34,056 nucleotides of DNA. It comes from a virus (Duplodnaviria; Heunggongvirae; Uroviricota; Caudoviricetes). Every line of letters starts with the position of its first letter. Position 1 is the stretch's first letter. The stretch is from the IMG/VR virus record IMGVR_UViG_3300023184_000047, positions 1 to 34,056 of that record; one strand, 5' to 3'. Of this stretch, positions 1 to 5,483 are shown in pieces. The notes under the pieces were generated by a model. It worked only from the letters and a program-made list of their open reading frames with translations, had not been told where the DNA came from and did not search any database. The position numbers were made by a program, and so were the translations under genes.

Positions 1-2
1 TT

Positions 3-236
3 GATCATACCTATCTTATTGCTGAAGATGATCCTTTCCTCCCAAAAGCAATGGAAATGTTTTGGACAGGTATAGTCCAACTAAGAGTAATACCAGCTAC
101 AGGAGCAGAACAATTTGCTAAATTTATTTACGAAAAAGTATCTGAATTTATTAAAATAGAAACAGAAGGAAGAGTAAGAGTAGTGAGCGTAGAATTTAGA
201 GAACACGGTAAAAACTCAGCGATATATACAGAATAA
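3..236 (+). CDS. queD: QueD / 6-carboxy-5,6,7,8-tetrahydropterin synthase, 5'-truncated by the window edge
   Basis: Frame is open from base 3: DHTYLIAEDDPF...ATGAEQFAKFIY...VRVVSVEFREHGKNSAIY. The DH, T/A-E and V-x-E-x3-N-x-A-x-Y pattern is the QueD/PTPS C-terminal half; queC, queE and folE are nearby. Confidence 0.85.
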   Translation, partial: DHTYLIAEDDPFLPKAMEMFWTGIVQLRVIPATGAEQFAKFIYEKVSEFIKIETEGRVRVVSVEFREHGKNSAIYTE

Positions 237-237
237 T

Positions 238-489
238 ATGAAAAAAGTAATTAGATACACAGCATCATGGTGTGGACCATGTAAAGTATTTGCTCCTACA
301 TTTGATAAAGTAGCAGCAGAAACACCAGGAATACAATTTGAAACAGTTGATGTAGATTCAGGACATCAATCAATTACAGAATATGGTATTAGAAATGTAC
401 CTACAACTGTTGTAGTTGAAATAGATGGCACTATAAGAAAACAAAGTGGAAACATGAGTGCAGACGCATTAAAAACATTTATTGGATAA
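238..489 (+). CDS. trxA: Thioredoxin
   Basis: WCGPC active site, VDVD, and the GIRNVPT cis-Pro loop. Confidence 0.92.
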   Translation: MKKVIRYTASWCGPCKVFAPTFDKVAAETPGIQFETVDVDSGHQSITEYGIRNVPTTVVVEIDGTIRKQSGNMSADALKTFIG

Positions 490-1277
490 TGAAGATATCT
501 CACGAATTACCACTTAGCCTACTAGAATATAGTATGGGTTGGAATGATTATGAATATTGTTTACCCCACTTGCTGGACAAACATGCCGACTATAGACAGT
601 ATTTCTTAGACTCTAGAGAACGAGAGAGATTTATTATCATGGATAATGGATTATTTGAAGGAGTAACACATACTACTCAAGATTTATTAGACAAAATCAA
701 CCTTATCCAACCAGATATCTTTATTGTTCCGGATGAGTGGAATAACAAAGCAATAACTGCTAAAAATGCTAAACATTGGTTACAATATGAGTTACCTGAA
801 CGTACTAATTTAATGGTAGTAATGCAAGGTACAACTATAAGTGAGATGCATCAATTATATCAACAGTGTATCGATCTAGGTTATACCCACTTTGCATTCA
901 ATCACTCTTCAGTATTATACCATGAACTATGCCCTACAGAAAATTTAACAGCAAATCAAGCTGTTGGTAGAGTATTGCTTTTAGAGAATATGAAGAATGA
1001 AAATTTAATCAAATCACACCACTACATCCACCTACTGGGATGTTCAGTACCTCAGGAATTTACTCATTATAGAGATAACTGGGAACCTGGAATAATTGAT
1101 TCAGTCGATACTTCAAACCCAATTATATGTGGTGCTTTAGGTATTAAATATGGTGAGATTGGATTGCTAGAAAAACCATCAAATAAAATTGAAGAATTTA
1201 TGGAAAAAGATTTGGAAAAGCAATTAGAAGATATTAAATTTAATGTAGAGAGATTTAAAAGATTTTGCAACAAATAA
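489..1277 (+). CDS. TGT/DpdA-like TIM-barrel transglycosylase (putative 7-deazaguanine inserting enzyme)
   Basis: TGT-fold motifs in the expected order: IMDNGLFE, IVPDE, VVMQG, HLLG, SVDTS. Located between queD and queC. Confidence 0.7.
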   Translation: MKISHELPLSLLEYSMGWNDYEYCLPHLLDKHADYRQYFLDSRERERFIIMDNGLFEGVTHTTQDLLDKINLIQPDIFIVPDEWNNKAITAKNAKHWLQYELPERTNLMVVMQGTTISEMHQLYQQCIDLGYTHFAFNHSSVLYHELCPTENLTANQAVGRVLLLENMKNENLIKSHHYIHLLGCSVPQEFTHYRDNWEPGIIDSVDTSNPIICGALGIKYGEIGLLEKPSNKIEEFMEKDLEKQLEDIKFNVERFKRFCNK

Positions 1278-1293
1278 AAACAAAAATAAAGTT

Positions 1294-1437
1294 ATGAGTA
1301 AAACATCTTCAAAAAGTAAGTACGAGCAACTAATGGTATGGTTACCCACATTAGGACAATCTAAAAATTCTAAAGTAGAAAAACAGTCTACTAAATTCTC
1401 TAAAGGAGATTATTATAAACAACAAGGAGTAAAGTAA
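1294..1437 (+). CDS. Small basic hypothetical protein, 47 aa (not in ORF track)
   Basis: MSKTSSKSKYEQLMVWLPTLGQSKNSKVEKQSTKFSKGDYYKQQGVK*, with an A-rich leader (AAAATAAAGTT-ATG). It fills the gap between genes exactly. Confidence 0.7.
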   Translation: MSKTSSKSKYEQLMVWLPTLGQSKNSKVEKQSTKFSKGDYYKQQGVK

Positions 1438-1439
1438 TC

Positions 1440-1583
1440 ATGTTTGAAATCATAAAACATAGTTTAGGACTGTGTGGTGAAGGTCATATTAGTCTTTTAA
1501 ATTGTTCTCCGTTTGTTGTTGGAGGAGTAGGATATTTTACGTATATTAAATCAAAATTAAAATTATGGAAAACCAAGAATTAA
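1440..1583 (+). CDS. Small His/Cys-motif putative membrane protein, 47 aa (not in ORF track)
   Basis: MFEIIKHSLGLCGEGHISLLNCSPFVVGGVGYFTYIKSKLKLWKTKN*. It starts 2 nt after the previous stop; a hydrophobic segment is followed by a basic tail. Confidence 0.65.
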   Translation: MFEIIKHSLGLCGEGHISLLNCSPFVVGGVGYFTYIKSKLKLWKTKN

Positions 1584-1795
1584 AACCATACATGATGTCA
1601 CTTTATGAGTATTTAGGTTATGCTGCTGGTACTGAAACGGGTAAAGAAGTGTATGATACAGCAAATAAATTACGCGAAACTATTAAAACTCAAAATGTTT
1701 CTAACCCTAAATATACTGGGAAAGTAATGTTATATCGTAGAGAATTCTTAGATGAATATTTTGGAAATAAAGTATACGAAGGAGAGAAAAAATAA
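1565..1795 (+). CDS. Hypothetical protein, 76 aa
   Basis: ORF track; codon usage like neighbouring genes; SLYEYLGYAAG segment. Confidence 0.75.
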   Translation: MENQELKPYMMSLYEYLGYAAGTETGKEVYDTANKLRETIKTQNVSNPKYTGKVMLYRREFLDEYFGNKVYEGEKK

Positions 1796-1846
1796 TAACG
1801 TTTGCCTATACGTTTTAAATACCTGGCACAAATTAAATTATAAATT

Positions 1847-2764
1847 ATGTCTAAAAAACATGTTGTAGTATCCTTAAGTGGAGGAATGGACAGTAGCACA
1901 CTATTGCTTAGATGTCTAAAAGAGTATGATAGTGTAACAGCTATTTCATTTGACTATGGTCAAAAGCACAGAGTAGAGCTAGAAAGAGCTCAATCATTAG
2001 TAAATTACTTGAATGGTAATGTTGAAAAAACAGAACAAGATCAATTAGGTACAATCACAGTAGTAGGAAAAAACTACAATGAAATTAATTATCGTCAAAT
2101 CCAATTAAACGGATTAGTTGATCTATTAGATTCAGCTTTAGTAACAGGAGGTGAAGATGTACCTGAAGGTCACTATGCAGAAGATAATATGAAAGCAACA
2201 GTTGTTCCTAACAGAAACAAAATATTTGCTTCCATTACTCAAGCAGTAGCTTTATCAGTTGCAAATCGTACAGGAGAGACTTGTGATATTGCTTTAGGCA
2301 TTCATGCTGGGGATCATGCTATTTATCCGGACTGCAGACAAGAATTTAGAGATGCAGATGATGCAGCTTTTAGAATTGGAAACTGGGAAGCAGAAAGAGT
2401 AGGATACTTTACACCTTACTTAGAAGGAGATAAATTTACTATCTTACAAGACGGAGAAGTATTATGTGAAGAATTAGGATTAGATTTTGATGAAGTTTAC
2501 AGAAGAACTAATACTTCTTACAAACCAATTCAACTACTAGTAGAGGGAGTTAACAAAGTGAAGATAAACGATAAGGAAACTCGTTATGAACCTAAATTTG
2601 AATGGTTCTCAGATTATAAATCAGCTTCATCAGTTGAGAGAGTAGAAGCATTTATCAAGTTAGGAAGAAAAGATCCAGCTCCTTATGCAGACGAAACAGG
2701 ACCAGTAACATGGGAACATGTAGTAACAGAAGTAACAAAAGTATTAGAAAACCATAACAAATAA
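1847..2764 (+). CDS. queC: 7-cyano-7-deazaguanine (preQ0) synthase QueC, Zn-ligand-free type
   Basis: SLSGGMDS PP-loop, FDYGQKH, TVVPNRN, GIHAGDHAIYPDCR, C-terminal VERVEAF. Confidence 0.95.
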   Translation: MSKKHVVVSLSGGMDSSTLLLRCLKEYDSVTAISFDYGQKHRVELERAQSLVNYLNGNVEKTEQDQLGTITVVGKNYNEINYRQIQLNGLVDLLDSALVTGGEDVPEGHYAEDNMKATVVPNRNKIFASITQAVALSVANRTGETCDIALGIHAGDHAIYPDCRQEFRDADDAAFRIGNWEAERVGYFTPYLEGDKFTILQDGEVLCEELGLDFDEVYRRTNTSYKPIQLLVEGVNKVKINDKETRYEPKFEWFSDYKSASSVERVEAFIKLGRKDPAPYADETGPVTWEHVVTEVTKVLENHNK

Positions 2765-2768
2765 AAGC

Positions 2769-3146
2769 ATGAACGAAACAACAACATTCTTAGGAACAAC
2801 AGGAACAACAGTAGGCTACTCAGGAACTTATGGAGGAGGATTTGCAACACCACTTAACGGAGGTAGTGGTACAACCATTTACACAGACAATACAATTTTA
2901 AGTACAGGAGTAACATTATCACAAGCAATAACAAATTCAAATAACATGAGCAAACAAGTAAAAGTAGCTGTATTTACAGTAGAAAGAAACGACAAAAATG
3001 AAGTAACATCTTCTAAATTTGTAAAAGAATTTTGGGTAGAACAAAAGAACGGAGGTTCAGTTGTATTAGCAGCAGCTAAACAATTAGATAAAGACTTCGA
3101 TCCAGACACGATTATGATTAGAGAAGTACAAGTAGTACAGTTCTAA
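2769..3146 (+). CDS. Hypothetical protein with Thr/Gly-rich N-terminal half (alternative start at 2946)
   Basis: ORF track; low-complexity N-terminus, then a globular-looking MSKQVKVAVF... segment. Confidence 0.7.
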   Translation: MNETTTFLGTTGTTVGYSGTYGGGFATPLNGGSGTTIYTDNTILSTGVTLSQAITNSNNMSKQVKVAVFTVERNDKNEVTSSKFVKEFWVEQKNGGSVVLAAAKQLDKDFDPDTIMIREVQVVQF

Positions 3147-3150
3147 AAAT

Positions 3151-3456
3151 AAAACACCTCCCAGTAGATAGGTCCGCCAAGAAAGTCTTTAAACAACGTG
3201 GGAACTGCGGCTCTCCCAATGTGGCTGGAATGTTTTATAAAAAAGTAACCCTAGTTATAAGGTCTTAAGTGGATAGGAAGCCCAGAGAAAATCGAAAGTG
3301 GATAGAATAATTTAAGAAGCTAAGTAATAGGGTACAAAATAAAAACTACTTGAGTAAGTGGGAGTGGTCAATCAACAACCCAAAGAAGTTCCAGGTAAAT
3401 CAATATGATATGGGATAGGCGAGCCTAAATCAGTAAGTAGCAAGTTAGTGTGTTTT
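3151..3456 (+). ncRNA. Candidate ~305-nt structured non-coding RNA, family not recognised
   Basis: ORF-free and GC-richer than its flanks. Nested helices found by eye: AAAACAC 3151-57/GTGTTTT 3450-56; CTCCCA 3158-63/TGGGAG 3359-64; AGTAG 3163-67/CTACT 3346-50; ACCCTA 3248-53/TAGGGT 3328-33 (extendable both ways); TCTTAAGT 3264-71/ATTTAAGA 3310-17; TAGG-CGAG-CCTA 3416-27. Strand inferred from neighbours. Confidence 0.6.
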
Positions 3457-3493
3457 TTCAAGGATTGAATAGTTTTTAACATTAGCGAAAAAT

Positions 3494-3570
3494 AGTCAGG
3501 TGGTGTAATGGTAGCAGTTCCAACGTCCACAAAACTAGGAAGAGTACAGGTTCGAATCCTGTCCTGATTA
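3494..3570 (+). tRNA. tRNA-like gene 1 with aberrant anticodon arm (identity undetermined)
   Basis: Acceptor AGTCAGG/CCTGATT + A73; D-loop AATGGTA; T-arm ACAGG-TTCGAAT-CCTGT. The anticodon region TCCAA...TAGGA encloses 12 nt rather than 7. No encoded CCA. Confidence 0.75.
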
Positions 3571-3576
3571 CAATGA

Positions 3577-3717
3577 GTTGATTACTCAGACAGCTATGTC
3601 TAGCTAGAAAGACATCGACATACTCTTGGGCGCAGACAAGAGCGGGTTTTGAAATCTATTTTCGCCGTTACGGAAACTAGGCTCGGAAGGCAACATATTT
3701 CGTGAGGTCTAATCAAC
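3577..3717 (+). ncRNA. Candidate ~140-nt multi-stem RNA between the two tRNA-like genes
   Basis: Closing helix GTTGATTA 3577-84/TAATCAAC 3710-17 continued by CTCA 3585-88/TGAG 3703-06; internal hairpins ATGTC.../GACAT and CTCTTG-GGCGCAGA-CAAGAG. Confidence 0.5.
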
Positions 3718-3730
3718 CATAATTGCAAAC

Positions 3731-3825
3731 AGTCAGGTGGCGGAATGGTAGACGCTAAAGAGTCAAAGAGTCGTGCTTCTAAACTCTGAGGTAACACCAT
3801 ACAGGTTCGAATCCTGTCCTGACTA
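3731..3825 (+). tRNA. tRNA-like gene 2 (Leu/Ser-type D arm, long variable arm) with aberrant anticodon arm
   Basis: Acceptor AGTCAGG/CCTGACT + A73; D arm GCG-GAATGGTAGA-CGC; same T-arm as gene 1; tandem AAAGAGTC x2; AGAGT/ACTCT stem with an 11-nt loop; GGT-AAC-ACC variable arm. No CCA. Confidence 0.75.
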
Positions 3826-3840
3826 CTATTTATACAAAAC

Positions 3841-4205
3841 GGGGATGACTGGTTTTGACAAGTTATAAGTAATTAATACAATTCAGCCCAGAGAGAGAAC
3901 TGGTAAAAACTAAGGTGAAATTAATAAATGGCAAAAACAATTCTCGTGTAGTGGCTCTAGGAGCAAACGCACAAATCGAAGCTAACATGAACAAAGTATT
4001 CTCTTTAATCGGAGAAGAAGTTGCTGTAGCAGCCTAAATTAAACAAGATTTCTTAGTTAGATTAAACTGAGTGGTGGTTTCGCTGGCTTAATTGTCGGCC
4101 CTAGAGTGCGCCTGTAGACTCTTTAAATAAGTATGGGGACAAAAGCTGTATAAAGTTGTATTGAAGAACATGGTTTGGACGCGGGTTCGACTCCCGCCAT
4201 CTCCA
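3841..4205 (+). ncRNA. ssrA: tmRNA (transfer-messenger RNA)
   Basis: 5' GGGGATGACTGGTTTTGAC and 3' GGACGCGGGTTCGACTCCCGCCATCTCCA. Acceptor GGGGATG/CATCTCC has the G3.U70 alanine determinant; internal ORF ends AVAA*. CCA not encoded. Confidence 0.95.
3930..4037 (+). other. tmRNA tag reading frame, (A)GKNNSRVVALGANAQIEANMNKVFSLIGEEVAVAA*
   Basis: Resume codon GGC follows AATAAAT; 35 sense codons to TAA 4035-37; C-terminal AVAA degron-like end. The resume point is inferred. Confidence 0.8.
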
Positions 4206-4232
4206 CTATTTTTAATTTTTAATTTAATCGTT

Positions 4233-4451
4233 ATGGCAAAGACCAAACTAAACCGCACTGCAAAGTTAGCATTTTACAATGCTCGCGAGCGTAAAGACGA
4301 CACAAATCGTTTAGCAGAAACTACAGGTTATACACCTCGTTTCATCAATTATGTAAAAAATGGTGAAAGAAAAGTAAATGATCCATTAGCAGACGCTATG
4401 TACAATCTTGCTCGAAGACGTGCAAAAAACAGCGCAGTATCTGCGAGTTAA
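4233..4451 (+). CDS. Small basic helix-turn-helix DNA-binding protein, 72 aa (true start 4233, not 4161)
   Basis: RLAETTGYTPRFINYVKNGERK fits a Cro/XRE-like HTH. The track's 4161 start lies inside the tmRNA. Confidence 0.7.
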   Translation: MAKTKLNRTAKLAFYNARERKDDTNRLAETTGYTPRFINYVKNGERKVNDPLADAMYNLARRRAKNSAVSAS

Positions 4452-4464
4452 TCAATTCAAATAT

Positions 4465-4482
4465 GCCCCTTATAGGAGGGGC
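4465..4482 (+). terminator. GC-rich hairpin, probable intrinsic terminator
   Basis: GCCCCT-TATAGG-AGGGGC directly after the HTH gene, followed by an A/T tract. Confidence 0.6.
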
Positions 4483-4506
4483 TATATTTATTAAAACTAT
4501 TAAAGT

Positions 4507-4743
4507 ATGGATGAATTTTTAAAATTTCCTGAATTAACAGATGAAGAATTAGATCAAATAATGATTGAATTTTTTGAATGGGATGCATTACAAGATTATG
4601 ATTTGGTAAATGAATTTGATGATTTTATTTATATCTCATATGATGAAGTTTTAAATAACCCAAATGATATTGAATTAGGTGCCTTAGTTAGAAAACGGTA
4701 CATAGAAACTCAAGATAAATTAAAAGAAAGTTCCTTATTGTAG
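4507..4743 (+). CDS. Acidic hypothetical protein, 78 aa
   Basis: ORF track; D/E-rich; ATATTTAT motif 23 nt upstream. Confidence 0.7.
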   Translation: MDEFLKFPELTDEELDQIMIEFFEWDALQDYDLVNEFDDFIYISYDEVLNNPNDIELGALVRKRYIETQDKLKESSLL

Positions 4744-4752
4744 GAACTTTTA

Positions 4753-4760
4753 ATATTTAT
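4753..4760 (+). promoter_or_regulatory. ATATTTAT motif, putative phage late promoter (also at 4484, 6633, 10687, 24626)
   Basis: Recurs in intergenic gaps, usually 23-26 nt before an ATG (77 nt at this site). Confidence 0.45.
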
Positions 4761-4829
4761 ACTAAATAAGTTCTGTAATTAATGTTTTATAATTAGGTTA
4801 TACTTTAATCAATTTAAAAACATATTATT

Positions 4830-5072
4830 ATGGGATTTTTTAGTATTTTTAAGAAATCAAATGATTATAACGAAAAAGTTATAATAGGATTTCTATCATT
4901 TATGATAATGGTCATTGCAATCGCAGTAGACTTAATTACAGGCTACATGGGTAAGGCACTTGAGTTAAATGAATACATCTTCGACGCATTCATGTATATC
5001 ACATTAGGTAGCTTTCTTCCTGACGTAATTGAAAAGTTTGCTGGTTTTAGAGGAGGAAATAAATCTGAATAA
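4830..5072 (+). CDS. Two-TM membrane protein, holin-like
   Basis: 80 aa; two hydrophobic helices (VIIGFLSFMIMVIAIAV; IFDAFMYITLGSFL); lies in the lysis region. Confidence 0.6.
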   Translation: MGFFSIFKKSNDYNEKVIIGFLSFMIMVIAIAVDLITGYMGKALELNEYIFDAFMYITLGSFLPDVIEKFAGFRGGNKSE

Positions 5073-5083
5073 AACCAAAAATC

Positions 5084-5479
5084 TTGAAGAACTTAAATGA
5101 ATTTATACCTGCATTTTTAAATGGAGGGTGGGTAGTATTACTAATCGGAGCAGCAGGAATGATTGCCCGATTGGTTACCTCTAACTCTCCAGAGGAAACT
5201 AGCGCTAATAATATTATAAAAAATATTTTGGCGGCTATGATCACTTCTCTATTAGCTTGGTTTATTTTAGAGCAATTTGAGATTGATTCTCTATACAAGG
5301 CTCTAATATACGGCTTAGGGGGTTTAAATTCGCCTGAAATTTTAGGAGGTATCCTAAAAATATCCACATCATTCTCAAACAATCCAGGTGAATTCCTATC
5401 AAATATAAAATCAGGTAAGATACAAACTCCACCTAAAAGAGCAACAAGAGCTACAAAAAAACCAGTTAAAAGAAAATAG
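5084..5479 (+). CDS. Three-TM holin-like protein (LydA-like) with basic C-terminal tail
   Basis: GAAGMIARL / AAMITSLLAWFIL / ALIYGLGGLNS pattern; K/R-rich tail. Confidence 0.6.
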   Translation: MKNLNEFIPAFLNGGWVVLLIGAAGMIARLVTSNSPEETSANNIIKNILAAMITSLLAWFILEQFEIDSLYKALIYGLGGLNSPEILGGILKISTSFSNNPGEFLSNIKSGKIQTPPKRATRATKKPVKRK

Positions 5480-5483
5480 TCAT

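Noticed and set aside
1796-1846. Possible preQ1 riboswitch upstream of queC (TGCC...GGCA stem with an A-rich tail)
   Set aside because: Only a 4-bp stem, and it lacks the conserved preQ1-I loop and AAAAAACUAA-type tail.
3165-3190. RNase P RNA similarity (GAAAGTC and TAGATAGG...CCGCC)
   Set aside because: No complementary 3' P4 strand (GGCTTA-like CR-V) was found and the motif order is wrong; left to cmscan.
3677-3695. SRP RNA helix-8 look-alike (TAGG-CTC-GGAA-GGC-AACA)
   Set aside because: The stem has a C-C mismatch, AGCA is AACA, and the surrounding fold is not an SRP rod.
3151-3717. Group I/II intron or intron-split tRNA
   Set aside because: No P7 GACUA/AUAGUC pair, no group II domain V, and the tRNA-like halves are not separated by these RNAs.
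3600-3800. 66-aa minus-strand ORF
   Set aside because: Antisense to structured RNA elements, with atypical composition for this genome.
3494-3825. CRISPR array from the 23-nt direct repeat
   Set aside because: Only two copies, 255 nt apart, and each is a tRNA T-arm/acceptor strand.
4161-4232. TTG start extending the HTH ORF
   Set aside because: Lies within the tmRNA 3' domain; ATG 4233 has a normal A/T-rich leader.
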